Positions 1 to 9,272 are shown, numbered from the stretch's first letter. The stretch: 24,000 nucleotides of DNA from Candidatus Thorarchaeota archaeon (GCA_046758445.1 JBHIAE010000006.1:77400-101399); one strand, 5' to 3'. The notes: generated by a model not told the origin, from the letters alone. Translations and numbers: made by a program.

Positions 1-35
1 ACTCGCGGATGTGTTTGTGTCACGTGCTTTGAGAG

Positions 36-491
36 GTGCACAAGTTGGCGAAAGAACCAGAGTTGAAACGATTTGGAGTGTCGATACCAGAGGATTTGCT
101 TGAGCGATTCGACTTGCTGGTTGAAGCCAAAGGATATGTTGGGAGGTCTGAGGCAATCAGAGACGCCATGCGGCACCTCATTTCTAAATGGGAGCAAGAA
201 AGTAGTCAAGAAGGAGGTGCAGCTACTCTCAGCGTTGTATACAAACACAAGCCCAAGCTCATGGCTGCTCTGACCAACGCACAGCATGGGTCAAGTGCCA
301 ACGTGATATCTACCATGCACGTGCATCTTACACCCTTTCATTGTTTGGAAGTGCTTACTCTGAGCGGGACACGTGAGAACATCCAGAAACTCAAAGACCG
401 GGTAAGTGGACTATCCGGGGTGGAGTATACTAATCTCTTCTCATTCAAAGTGCCACAGTCATTGGACCGTGATCACAGCCATAGCCATTAG
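36..491 (+). CDS. nikR: Nickel-responsive regulator NikR (ribbon-helix-helix plus C-terminal metal-binding domain)
   Basis: N-terminal RHH signature RFGVSIPEDLLERFDLLVEAKGYVGRSEAIRDAMRHLI. HVHLTPFHCLEVLTLSG aligns with the E. coli NikR nickel-site segment HVHINHDDCLEIAVLKG. His-rich tail DRDHSHSH. GTG at 36; an in-frame TTG at 45 follows GAGAGGTG by about 6 nt and is an alternative start. Confidence 0.85.
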   Translation: MHKLAKEPELKRFGVSIPEDLLERFDLLVEAKGYVGRSEAIRDAMRHLISKWEQESSQEGGAATLSVVYKHKPKLMAALTNAQHGSSANVISTMHVHLTPFHCLEVLTLSGTRENIQKLKDRVSGLSGVEYTNLFSFKVPQSLDRDHSHSH

Positions 492-638
492 GACTACCTA
501 GTCCATCTCGCCCGATGATTTCGAGTATCGATGGCATATCTGGACAGGCAAACCAGTTGCGATAGGCTGTTCTCCTCCTCTCTGTCAACCCAGAGCGAGT
601 CCAATCACTCACACTAGCTTTGTAGGCCTGCAGCCGAG

Positions 639-1130
639 CTAATTGAGATCACTGAGCAGTTTGAAGATACCATCCATGTTGGGACAAGCATCGTCGGACG
701 CTCCGAGGACTTCGATGTGACGGAGCAATCCATTCTTGTCAACTACGAATACCACCTTCTTGCCGTAACCTTCATTCGGTACAAAGCAGTCGTACTTCAG
801 CGTGACATCTCCCAGAGGGTTGAAGTCGGCAAGGACGGGGTAACCAAGCTCGCCTGTTTCTGACAACCACTGATTGTTCGCTTCAATAGAGGTCATGTTT
901 ACAGCCAGAACTTGGGTATCCAGTGACTCGAAGGTTGACAAGTGCTGCTGATAGAATCTGAAATGATCCTTGCAGCCTGAGCTGAGCTCGCCGGGATGGA
1001 GAGCTATCAGTACGTTCTTCTTACCTCGGTAGTCAGACAATCGAACACTGTTCCCGTTCTCATCTGGAAGCGAGAAGTCGGGAGCAGTTTCGCCTACGTT
1101 TAGACAGACATTCTGTTCACGAAGTATCAT
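639..1130 (-). CDS. Peroxiredoxin / thiol peroxidase of the AhpC-TSA (Bcp-like) family
   Basis: 163 aa ORF with ATG start. GETAPDFSLPDENGNSVRLSDYRGKKNVLIALHPGELSSGC fits the Pxxx(T/S)xxC peroxidatic-cysteine motif and thioredoxin-fold layout. Confidence 0.8.
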   Translation of the reverse strand: MILREQNVCLNVGETAPDFSLPDENGNSVRLSDYRGKKNVLIALHPGELSSGCKDHFRFYQQHLSTFESLDTQVLAVNMTSIEANNQWLSETGELGYPVLADFNPLGDVTLKYDCFVPNEGYGKKVVFVVDKNGLLRHIEVLGASDDACPNMDGIFKLLSDLN

Positions 1131-1288
1131 AATCTGTCACCAAATTGCTGTTTCATTGTGTGAACGAACCCTTATTATATTAACTATTGTTAACTCACGC
1201 CCGCATAAAGAACTGACCCAAACAAACAATAACGGTCCTTAGTTGCTGTCTGTAAATCATGGAAACAAACCAGCTGTGAGTAGTATCA

Positions 1289-2269
1289 ATGACATTCCGG
1301 AAGTATCTGAGTCAGGTTTCCGATGGCGTATTCTTGTTTGCAGCGCCTCGCACTCGATTCGCAAACTGGCGACGTTCGGGGAACATCATTCTGCTTCAGG
1401 GCGAGCAGGGAATATCTCTCATAGACAGCGGTGGGAATGCAGCCAAACAGCACTTGATTCCACTCGTGAACCGCTTCTTGGATGATAGCAACGGGGAGGT
1501 TCATTGCCTCCATACGCATGGACACATAGACCACATGGCAGGTGACCCTATTCTTACGGACCGTTTTCAGGCCAAGATTTGGGCATCAGAAGAGGCAGTC
1601 CCGTTTGTCAGGGCCCAGACTCCTCTTTTGCTGGACATGGAGCGGCCCTTCATGGTCGTGACTTTCAGAGAACTGTTCCTCGCACCAGAATGGTTCGTCG
1701 AGGGAGTGATGCGACTGACAATGGGCAGAAATCATCCGACTGATACAGTCCATGTGGTTCGTGATGATACAGATCCCGCCGGAACAGGATTCCAACCACT
1801 CCCATTGCCCGGGCATCATCCCGGTCATATCGGGTTCTTCCACAGAGAACGAGGGATCCTGGTAGCGGGAGATTTGCTGGACCCCCGTCACAGGATGAAG
1901 CCTGTTCTGACGGCTCCTTCTTCCGACTTTGAGCTAATGGGTAACACGCTCGAGGTTGTCCTGAGTCTATCACCCCAGATTCTGATTCTGGGACACGGCA
2001 ATCCATTTGTAGGTGAGGAGGCGGTTAGAAACGCAATCGAGCGGTCTTTGGAAACTCTCCGCAATGCTCAACATAAGGTCATTGAATCACTTGAATCGGA
2101 ACCATTGACTCTTGGGGGTCTATCTACTAGACTGCAGCGGCAAGGGCTAGGGCCCGGAGATGTCTTCAGGAGAATGTTCATTCACAGCATACTCAGACAT
2201 CTATTGTCGAGAGACCGAGTCTTGAGGACCCCGACACAGAAGGGCATGGTCGAATTCTCACTTAGGTGA
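1289..2269 (+). CDS. MBL-fold metallo-hydrolase
   Basis: 326 aa. Canonical HxHxDH motif (HTHGHIDHMAG) preceded by ISLIDSGGN, with later His/Asp ligands (LPGHHPGH, AGDLL, LGHG). Confidence 0.8.
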   Translation: MTFRKYLSQVSDGVFLFAAPRTRFANWRRSGNIILLQGEQGISLIDSGGNAAKQHLIPLVNRFLDDSNGEVHCLHTHGHIDHMAGDPILTDRFQAKIWASEEAVPFVRAQTPLLLDMERPFMVVTFRELFLAPEWFVEGVMRLTMGRNHPTDTVHVVRDDTDPAGTGFQPLPLPGHHPGHIGFFHRERGILVAGDLLDPRHRMKPVLTAPSSDFELMGNTLEVVLSLSPQILILGHGNPFVGEEAVRNAIERSLETLRNAQHKVIESLESEPLTLGGLSTRLQRQGLGPGDVFRRMFIHSILRHLLSRDRVLRTPTQKGMVEFSLR

Positions 2270-2294
2270 TTACTCAGATCAGTCTGAAATGTGC

Positions 2295-3890
2295 CTATTT
2301 CTCAACGTCTTCCATTTGCCTCAGGGCCGACCTCAGTATCTTCCCATCTTCGGCAACCGGGAGCTCACTGCAGATCACAATCAGTTTGGGCTTCTTGTAA
2401 GCAGCCATCTTGCCAGTACACCATGCGTCGATTTCATCGGGAGTCACTTGAGCTCCAGAGACTGGTAGCACAAATGCCTTCACGATTTGACCCCACACTC
2501 TGTCGGCCATACCCAGGACCACAGCATTCTCGACATCAGGATGTTCTCTGATGATGCCCTCAACCTCGACAGGGAGGACCTTCTCCCCGCCTGAGAATAT
2601 GAGTTCGCTTTTGCGTTCTATGTAGTAGTAGTTGCCCTCTTCATCGACTCGGAACAAATCCCCGGTACGAAACCAAGTCCCATCGAAGGATTCCTTAGTA
2701 CCCGAGTCATCTCCCTGGTACCCGCTCATCAAGGAAGGACTACGGTAGACAGCTTCTCCAATCTCCCCAGGACTGACCTCGTTTCCACCCTCATCTACTA
2801 CGCGCATCTCAACTCCACTGATCGGCTTTCCTATGTAGCCATCAGTTATCTTTGGAATGTCATCCGGAGTGAGAAACGAGTAGATGGCCGCTCCAATATT
2901 CTCAGTTTGTCCATAGCCATCAACAAGAACGGTTTCCGGAAATAGTGTAAGAATCTCTTTCTTCATCTCAGCGGGCATTTTCGAACCGCCTGATGAGAGG
3001 AGTGTCACAGACGACAAATCCCATTTCTGAAGATCAGGGAAATCAAGTAGTAGCCTGAACTGAGTCGGCACCATGAAGACTGAGGTTATCTTCTCACGCT
3101 CAATCAGGGCACAGACTTCCTCAGGGGAGAAGCTGAGAGCAGTTGGAAAGACGATGGGTCGCTTCATAGCGGTCATGATTATCGCAGGCATGAATCCTGA
3201 CAGATGATAGAGCGGCGTAGGAACCAAGAACTTCAGCTCAAAGTCTTGTGGAAGTAAAGCAGATTCAGGTACTCTTCCCTCGAAGATTAGTTTCAGTCCA
3301 TGGTCAGGAATGAGTGTGCAGGCGTCAAGCAGTGCACGGTGTGTAAAGTTGCTTCCTTTGGGAAGACCAGTGGTCCCTCCTGTGAAGAGCTGAACCCCAA
3401 AGTCATTCTCAGAGAGCGGGACTTTTGGGTCTTCAGTCGAAACCCCAGTCACAAAGGCATCCCATGACTCGGTGTCTATCTTGACCCCATCATTTCCACC
3501 AATTGCAATCACTGGGGGATTCTTCTTCCGTTCAGAGAAAGCATCAACCAAGTGTGGCAAGTAGTGGACACTGCAGACACAGAGACTCGGTTCAGCAGTG
3601 TCGAAGACGTGTCTAATCTCCCTGCCGACGAATCTGGTGCTAATTGGGGCAGGAACCATTCCGGCTCTCTGGGCACCGTAGAGAACCGCAAGATACTCAG
3701 GACGATTCTCCATTATGATTGCGATTCTGCTGCTTCGTGAATCAGGTGTACGACGCAGAAGAGCGTTGGCCACTCGAGATATCTCAGTGTCAAGACCTGC
3801 CCAGGTGAGACGTGATTCACCATAGACCACGGATAGCTTGTCCCCGTAGTCCTCTGCGTTGCCTGAAAGTAGTTCACAAAATGCCCTCAT
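2295..3890 (-). CDS. AMP-dependent acyl-CoA synthetase/ligase (FadD-like)
   Basis: 531 aa. AMP-binding motif LFTGGTTGLPKG, plus GYGQTE, WFRTGDL and the C-terminal KKPK lysine region. GGGAGG ribosome-binding site upstream of ATG 3890. Confidence 0.9.
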   Translation of the reverse strand: MRAFCELLSGNAEDYGDKLSVVYGESRLTWAGLDTEISRVANALLRRTPDSRSSRIAIIMENRPEYLAVLYGAQRAGMVPAPISTRFVGREIRHVFDTAEPSLCVCSVHYLPHLVDAFSERKKNPPVIAIGGNDGVKIDTESWDAFVTGVSTEDPKVPLSENDFGVQLFTGGTTGLPKGSNFTHRALLDACTLIPDHGLKLIFEGRVPESALLPQDFELKFLVPTPLYHLSGFMPAIIMTAMKRPIVFPTALSFSPEEVCALIEREKITSVFMVPTQFRLLLDFPDLQKWDLSSVTLLSSGGSKMPAEMKKEILTLFPETVLVDGYGQTENIGAAIYSFLTPDDIPKITDGYIGKPISGVEMRVVDEGGNEVSPGEIGEAVYRSPSLMSGYQGDDSGTKESFDGTWFRTGDLFRVDEEGNYYYIERKSELIFSGGEKVLPVEVEGIIREHPDVENAVVLGMADRVWGQIVKAFVLPVSGAQVTPDEIDAWCTGKMAAYKKPKLIVICSELPVAEDGKILRSALRQMEDVEK

Positions 3891-3915
3891 TGGGCAGGCC
3901 TCCCACGTCCGAGAG

Positions 3916-4266
3916 TTATTTCATAAGCGCCTGAAGTTTGATCAGGTCATTCATGGGGCCTTTGGCCTTGACCTTGCCGCCCATGAATGCACGAGTCGGA
4001 CTCAGAGTACCATCCATGATTGCCATTATTGCTTCGGTGGTTGTGGTGATCTCCAGTTCAGCATCCTCTGCAATTCCGTCAACAATGCTGGCGGACCCAC
4101 CTTGAAACACAATGTGGCATGTCGCTTCTTCGTTGTCAGTGAAATGGAACTGTAGAGTCTTGTTATAGTCGGCGAACCTCGACTGATACTTCGGATCGTC
4201 CATCTTGCCAACCATCTTCTTCAAGGAACTAATCACGTCATCCTTTGTCTTTGACACTTCGTTCAC
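3916..4266 (-). CDS. SCP2 sterol/lipid-carrier domain protein
   Basis: 116 aa. C-terminal SCP2 pattern LSPTRAFMGGKVKAKGPMNDLIKLQALMK. GTG start at 4266; GTG at 4257 follows AAAGGTG and is an alternative. Confidence 0.7.
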   Translation of the reverse strand: MNEVSKTKDDVISSLKKMVGKMDDPKYQSRFADYNKTLQFHFTDNEEATCHIVFQGGSASIVDGIAEDAELEITTTTEAIMAIMDGTLSPTRAFMGGKVKAKGPMNDLIKLQALMK

Positions 4267-4299
4267 ACCTTTGCTTCATCCTGCTCTGTCAATGATTTC

Positions 4300-5058
4300 T
4301 TATTTCCCCTTCCATTCGGGGGGGCGCTTCTCCATCCAAGCCTCGAATCCTTCTATCACGTCCTCCGACTTGAAGAGAATGTTGAATGGCTCCCAGAGGG
4401 CTCCAATCTCCCGTAGACCCCTCCGCAAGAACTCCTTAGTGAGCTTCTGCGACAGAGGTGCAACCAGCTTTATCTCCTCACAGAGCTCGATGACAGCCTT
4501 CTCTAATTCATCATGCGGTACAACTTTGTTAACTATGCCCATCCGATATGCCTCATGTGCGTCAATGGCTCGACCTGTGAATGTCAACTCTTTGATGTAT
4601 CGCATGTTGTATTCATGAGCCCTCACAATGAGGAGGCCAGACATGAGACCCCGGCGATTCTCACGGAAGGCAAACACTGCTTGATCGGATGCAATGACGA
4701 GGTCACAGAACAATGTGAGTTCAAAACCACCGGCATACGCATGACCATTCACGGCAGCAATCACTGGTTTCGGATAGCGTTGAAGAAGCTCGATTGGATC
4801 GAGCACAACACTCAGGAATTCGCCGAGGCCTTTGAATCCAATAGTGCTCATCTCCTTGATGTCCAACCCCGCGCTGAAGGCGGTGCCCTCCCCCGTGATG
4901 ACCAAGGCTCGTACTGAATGGTCATCCCAAGTGTCCTGTAGCACTTGCATTAGTTCCATCCATGTCTGTCGGGAGAGTGCATTTCGCACTTCTGGTCTGT
5001 TGAATGTAATCCATCCAATTCCATCCTTCACTTCGTACTTGATACATTCGAAGCTCAT
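4300..5058 (-). CDS. Enoyl-CoA hydratase/isomerase (crotonase family)
   Basis: 252 aa. ITFNRPEVRNAL, GEGTAFSAGLD and AAVNGHAYAGGFELTLFCD are present, with both catalytic Glu positions (GGFEL, FRENRRG). Confidence 0.9.
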   Translation of the reverse strand: MSFECIKYEVKDGIGWITFNRPEVRNALSRQTWMELMQVLQDTWDDHSVRALVITGEGTAFSAGLDIKEMSTIGFKGLGEFLSVVLDPIELLQRYPKPVIAAVNGHAYAGGFELTLFCDLVIASDQAVFAFRENRRGLMSGLLIVRAHEYNMRYIKELTFTGRAIDAHEAYRMGIVNKVVPHDELEKAVIELCEEIKLVAPLSQKLTKEFLRRGLREIGALWEPFNILFKSEDVIEGFEAWMEKRPPEWKGK

Positions 5059-5071
5059 TCTCTTCTGCTTC

Positions 5072-6343
5072 CTAGAGGTCTTTGGGGTCGACTCCTCGGA
5101 GTACCCGTGGCAGTAGCCCGGGGTCAGGAGTCTTCTTGAATTCTTGTCTTCCTATGAAGATCTTTAGAATGTCGTTTCCACCACCAGTGACTTTGGTAAG
5201 AAGTGCATTCTTTAAAATGGATGCTGCGAGGTACTCCTCCGTGTAGCCATCGCCTGAAAGAATGACAAGTGCATCCTCCGCAATGTCAATAAGAGCCTCG
5301 GTTGAGAATATCTTGCAGATGGCTGCGTCCACACCGAACTGAAACATGTCTGCCGTTCCGCTGTCTAGCTGAGCTGCTAGTGCGTAGAGGTAAGTACGGG
5401 CCAGCTTCAGATTGATGGCCATGTCAGCCATTCTGGTCTGTACAGTCTGATACCTTGATATCGGAGCTCCGAACTGCACTCTCCGCCGACCATAGGCACG
5501 TGCAGTTTCGAGCAGCATCCGAGCTTGTCCCACCGTGGCGGCAATGCCCAGACGTTCGATATTCAGGCCCGAGGTCATCACCGTCCACCCATCGCCTTCA
5601 AAGAGAATCATGTTCTCCTCTGGCACCCGCACGTCTCTGAAACGAATGACACTGTTGAACATCTCGACACTTCCGGTCAACTCGTTAAGTTTCTCGACTG
5701 TAATCCCAGGCGATGCACGCGTGACCAAGAACGCTGACAGGTGAGAGTGTGTGGCCTGTGCCTCTGCCGACGGGTCAGTAAGTGTGTATGTCATCAGGTA
5801 GTCGGCCTTTGAGCCGAGCGTGATGAATCGTTTCCAGCCATTCAAGACGTATTCATCGCCCTCTTTGGCAGCGCTAAGCTGAACATTGGAGGCATCGTTT
5901 CCCACATCAGGCTCAGTCACGCATATCGCAGTCCATGCCTCGCCCTTTAGCATGGGAGTCAGAAACTTATCCTTCTGTTCAGGTGAACCAAACAGGTGCA
6001 CTGGACCCCCTCCAAAGACAGTTGTCAAGAGGGGATTGATGTTGAGATAGCATCGTCCAAACTCCTCGTTGAGAATCGTATAGCCAGTGTAACCCTCTTC
6101 TCTACCACCGAATTCTTCCTCAACGAGTACTGCGAGCGGGTGGAATCCCTTGTCAACAACGAATTTGCTTATGTCCCACTGGACTTCCATGGCCTGGTTG
6201 TGGTCCATCTTGTCGCCCAAAGGTCGGAGATCATTGTCCACGAATTCTTGAACTTCTTCTGCAAAGCGCCGATTCTTCTCAGTCCACCAGGGTAGCACTT
6301 CCAATGTTGAATCACCTCTCCATCGATGAACGATCAAGGCCAT
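5072..6343 (-). CDS. Acyl-CoA dehydrogenase (FAD-dependent)
   Basis: ACAD architecture throughout (TEPDVGNDASN, GWKRFITLG, GLNIERLG, C-terminal helical domain). The track ORF runs to 6421, but the ACAD-like sequence begins near LPWWTEKNRRFAEEVQEFV. Start is either ATG 6343 or TTG 6304, the latter about 8 nt after GGAGAGGTGA. Start uncertain. Confidence 0.85.
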   Translation of the reverse strand: MALIVHRWRGDSTLEVLPWWTEKNRRFAEEVQEFVDNDLRPLGDKMDHNQAMEVQWDISKFVVDKGFHPLAVLVEEEFGGREEGYTGYTILNEEFGRCYLNINPLLTTVFGGGPVHLFGSPEQKDKFLTPMLKGEAWTAICVTEPDVGNDASNVQLSAAKEGDEYVLNGWKRFITLGSKADYLMTYTLTDPSAEAQATHSHLSAFLVTRASPGITVEKLNELTGSVEMFNSVIRFRDVRVPEENMILFEGDGWTVMTSGLNIERLGIAATVGQARMLLETARAYGRRRVQFGAPISRYQTVQTRMADMAINLKLARTYLYALAAQLDSGTADMFQFGVDAAICKIFSTEALIDIAEDALVILSGDGYTEEYLAASILKNALLTKVTGGGNDILKIFIGRQEFKKTPDPGLLPRVLRGVDPKDL

Positions 6344-6596
6344 AATGCAGCTTGACATCACCAATCTCGTTGAGTCCACGCCATGTGATTTTGGCCAGCT
6401 TGATTCTCCCTCTAGGGTCAACCCACAAGTTCACGAGGCCATCCTGCTCCAGACTCCTTAGTGTATCATCTAGAGCGTCAAGGTCGCCGAGGTCGAGCTT
6501 TCGGGCGATATCCTCCTTTTCACTGTGCAGGGCCTGTGTGTACTCGAACTCTCGGGCCAAAAGATTGAGCAATCTGCTTCTCAGGTCATCGGGCAA
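6312..6596 (-). CDS. Small winged-helix-like DNA-binding protein, first gene of the acyl-CoA operon
   Basis: Pattern IARKLDLGDLDALDDTLRSLEQDGLVNLWVDPRGRIKLAKITWRGL resembles a wHTH recognition helix plus wing. The track ORF starts at TTG 6671; in-frame TTG 6596 is preceded by GGAGG and by a CTTATTAGG TATA-like box. Function and start are inferred. Confidence 0.45.
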   Translation of the reverse strand: MPDDLRSRLLNLLAREFEYTQALHSEKEDIARKLDLGDLDALDDTLRSLEQDGLVNLWVDPRGRIKLAKITWRGLNEIGDVKLHYGLDRSSMER

Positions 6597-6630
6597 ACAT
6601 GCTCTCCTCCAATTACGCGGACCTTCTCGA

Positions 6631-6639
6631 CCTAATAAG
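6631..6639 (-). promoter_or_regulatory. TATA-like box CTTATTAGG upstream of the wHTH/acyl-CoA operon
   Basis: Exact 9-mer on the minus strand, about 35 nt upstream of TTG 6596 with GGAGG in between. The same 9-mer recurs at 12117 and 18979. Confidence 0.4.
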
Positions 6640-6720
6640 CATATCAGATGCCTGTGGGGAACGAGAGACAAAAGCCGTAACGAAGCCGAATTCGCGCCTT
6701 CGTCTTTCGTCTGAGGTTTG

Positions 6721-6728
6721 CTTATTAG
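6721..6728 (+). promoter_or_regulatory. TATA-like box CTTATTAG upstream of small membrane protein gene 6786
   Basis: 8/9 match to the recurring motif, 57 nt upstream of ATG 6786. It is followed by a 7-bp hairpin (6753-6769) and GGAGG at 6773-6777. Confidence 0.35.
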
Positions 6729-6785
6729 TGCCTAGAACATGGGCCAGCAGACCCACAACCGTGTTGTGGTTCGGAGGAAAGACAT

Positions 6786-7148
6786 ATGTCTGGTAAACCA
6801 ACAGGCGTCTTGATACTCGCATTGCTGCAGTTGATATCAGCTTTAGCCTGGATCGCAGTTGGGGCGATATTGCTTATGGCCGGAACAGGAACGATCCTGG
6901 ACATAATCCTGATGTTCTTGGCGTTCTTCCCGTTGCTGATAGGCATAATCGGGCTGATTCTGTTCTATGGAATCTGGACTTTGAAAGGATGGGCCTGGAT
7001 GTGGACCCTGATAATCGGTCTTCTGGGCATCATTGCAGGTCTAACCGCTTCGAACATCTTTGATCTCATGACCCTGCTTGCCCTAGGCCTGAGCGTCATA
7101 ATCGTAATCTACCTGCTGTTGCCAGGTACAAAATCTCACTTCAGGTGA
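6786..7148 (+). CDS. Small 4-TM membrane protein, WAWW-motif family (paralog 1)
   Basis: 120 aa, four hydrophobic spans. GIWTLKGWAWMWTLIIGLLG and C-terminal IVIYLLLPGTKSHF are shared with ORFs 7374 and 10967. GGAGG ribosome-binding site. Confidence 0.6.
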   Translation: MSGKPTGVLILALLQLISALAWIAVGAILLMAGTGTILDIILMFLAFFPLLIGIIGLILFYGIWTLKGWAWMWTLIIGLLGIIAGLTASNIFDLMTLLALGLSVIIVIYLLLPGTKSHFR

Positions 7149-7373
7149 AACTAAAGGGTTTCTATGTCTATGCCTGGGGAGTTCATGGCGCACAAGTCTA
7201 TAAAACTCCCACCCTCCTTTATTTTCCCCTCATCCAGCGAAGTGTCGCTCATCAGACTAGATCCTCAATGAGGATTTCTTGGATACGCCATGTTTGGCCT
7301 CTCTTGGAAACCCGAAACAAAGAGTGTGGATAGCTTATAAGCTGCCAGAATTACGAAATGACGAGGCATCTGG

Positions 7374-7736
7374 ATGTACGAGTCTGAAGTGAATGGAGGA
7401 CGGTTGACAGAAGGACATCCAGGGCTCAATGCCTTGTCACTTTTGATGGGTATCACAGGACTCTTCTATATTCTTACAGGGCTTCCATGGTTATCATCTC
7501 TCGACATTTCCGGATTCCTTTTCATTGGTGCTGGAGGCGTCATGTTCGTCGTCGGATGGTTCCTCAGGAAACAGGTGATGTGGGCCTGGTGGGGCGCGCT
7601 CATCTTGAATATCGGAAACATTCTCTTTGGCATCCTGTATAGCTTTGACCGTGTGACGAGCAGTACAGCCATTGCACTTGGTGTGATAATCTTGTTCTAT
7701 CTCTTGGTACCGGAGATCCGCCGACAATTCATGTAG
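7374..7736 (+). CDS. Small 4-TM membrane protein, WAWW-motif family (paralog 2)
   Basis: 120 aa. GWFLRKQVMWAWWGALILNIG and C-terminal ILFYLLVPEIRRQF. Palindromic TATA-like AGCTTATAAGCT at 7331-7342. Confidence 0.6.
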   Translation: MYESEVNGGRLTEGHPGLNALSLLMGITGLFYILTGLPWLSSLDISGFLFIGAGGVMFVVGWFLRKQVMWAWWGALILNIGNILFGILYSFDRVTSSTAIALGVIILFYLLVPEIRRQFM

Positions 7737-7767
7737 TTGATTCTTCGGGAGCTCAGAACTTGAGAAC

Positions 7768-9272
7768 TCAGTCTGATATGCAGAGGTCAGCTGTTGGCAG
7801 ATACCTCGGTGGCTTTCTGACTCTTGTCGCCTGTTCAAAGGCATAAGCCAACTTGATCAATACTGGCTCATCGTATGCACCGGCAAAGAAGGAGATGCCA
7901 ACCGGAAGGCCAAACGAATACCCTGCTGGAACAGTTATGTTAGGATAGCCAGCTACCGCAGCAGGTGACGAGCTGCCACCAGAATGGTGGTCCCCATTCA
8001 GCAAGTCTGTCATCCATGCGGGGCCGCCAGAAGGTGCAACAATGGCATTCAGGTTGTGCTCCTTCATTGTTGCATCAATTCCTTCTGTTCTTGAGAGTCG
8101 GAGGTTGGTATCTAGAGCTTCTAGGTATTCCTTGCTTGTAAGTGGCCCTTTCTCTTGTGCCTTGATCATAATATCTTGGCCAAAGTATGGCATGACAGAT
8201 TTGCGGTTCTGGTCATCGAACTCTATAACATCCTTCAGAGACCCCACACCCACCTTTGGTCCAAGTTTCTCTATGTAGGTTTTGAGATTCGCCTTAAACT
8301 CATACAGTAACACTTCAAACTCGGTTTCCCACAGTTTCTCGGCAGAGGCGATATTCGCCGGATCGACAATCTCGGCACCCTGCTTTTTCATCGTTTCGAT
8401 GGCAGCTTCCATTATCCTGTCCACCACATCGTTGAAGCCGAAGAAGTTACGCCCAATGCCAATCCTGGCGCCCTGCAATCCGTCGGGGTCCAAGAATTGT
8501 GTGTAGTCTGTCCGTAGCTTGTCCCGACTCTCCTCAGTCACAGGGTCCTCCAGGTCCACACCCACCATACCACCAAGGAGTATTGCCGCGTCGCTCACAG
8601 TTCTGCCCATTGGGCCGGCTGTATCTTGGCTATGCGCGACTGGCACAATTCCTGAACGGCTGAGGAGACCTAATGTGGGCTTTATCCCGACAATGGAGTT
8701 TGCTTGCGATGGACAGATGACTGAGCCATCGGTCTCGGTGCCGACTGCCACAACACATAGATTGGCTGCCACGGCAACGGCCGATCCGGAGCTAGAACCG
8801 CACGGATTGCGATCAAGAACATATGGATTACGCGTCAGACCCCCACGACTACTCCAGCCGCTAGTTGAACGCATTGATCTGAAACTGGCCCACTCACTGA
8901 GATTGGCCTTGCCGAGGATTATCGCACCTGCCGCACGGAGTTTCTTCACTATGAAGGCATCTTGAGAAGGAATTGAGCCTTTAAGAGCAAGAGATCCTGC
9001 AGTGGTCGTCATTCGGTCTGCAGTGTCAATGTTGTCCTTTAGGACGGCGGGAATGCCGTGAAGAGGTCCACGTGGACCTTTGGCCTTCCGCTCTTCGTCT
9101 AGAGAGTCAGCAATCGATAGAGCATCAGGGTTGACCTCTATGATGGCATTGAGTTTTGGTCCCCCCTGTCGAGTTCATTGATTCTTCCAAGGTATGTTTC
9201 CACAATCTTCCGGGCCGAAAGCTCTCCAGATGCCATTCTCTCCTGCAGTTCGGTGATTGTTACTTCTTCCAT
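7768..9272 (-). pseudogene. Amidase-signature family amidase interrupted by a 1-nt frameshift
   Basis: Main ORF 7768-9012 carries GSSSGSAVAVAA, GTETDGSVICPS and KDNIDTA. ATG 9272 opens a 44-codon frame (MEEVTITELQERMASGELSARKIVETYLGRINELDRG...) that terminates at 9138. The main frame is open from 9174 and reads GGPKLNAIIEVNPDAL...PLHGIPAVLKDN. The frames switch at the C6 run 9161-9166. Confidence 0.8.

Noticed and set aside
639-1130. The peroxiredoxin active site HPGELSSGC looked atypical.
   Set aside because: On counting, it satisfies the universal Pxxx(T/S)xxC spacing, so it is a normal peroxidatic site.
1184-1197. Small inverted repeat TTAAC-TATT-GTTAA between the peroxiredoxin and MBL genes, considered as a NikR operator.
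   Set aside because: The arms are only 5 bp in an AT-rich promoter region, which is well within chance, and it does not resemble known NikR half-sites.
6344-6421. N-terminal extension of the ACAD ORF (MTLEGESSWPKSHGVDSTRLVMSSCI).
   Set aside because: It overlaps the 3' end of the upstream wHTH gene by up to 110 nt and has no ACAD homology. Better starts exist at 6343 and 6304.
7145-7333. 62-aa ORF in the gap between WAWW paralogs 1 and 2.
   Set aside because: It has a GTG start overlapping the previous stop, no ribosome-binding site, and a non-membrane, low-information sequence. The region instead contains short hairpins (AGCGA-AGTG-TCGCT, ATCCTC-AAT-GAGGAT) and a TATA-like palindrome.
8519-8965. 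148-aa plus-strand ORF. Similar long antisense ORFs occur at 4205-4618, 4513-4917, 14374-14793, 1665-2006, 11489-11812, 17661-17933 and 22944-23511.
   Set aside because: Each lies entirely antisense to a CDS with strong family motifs. Their products are low-complexity, Ser/Pro/Arg-rich sequences with no ribosome-binding site. They are typical shadow ORFs.
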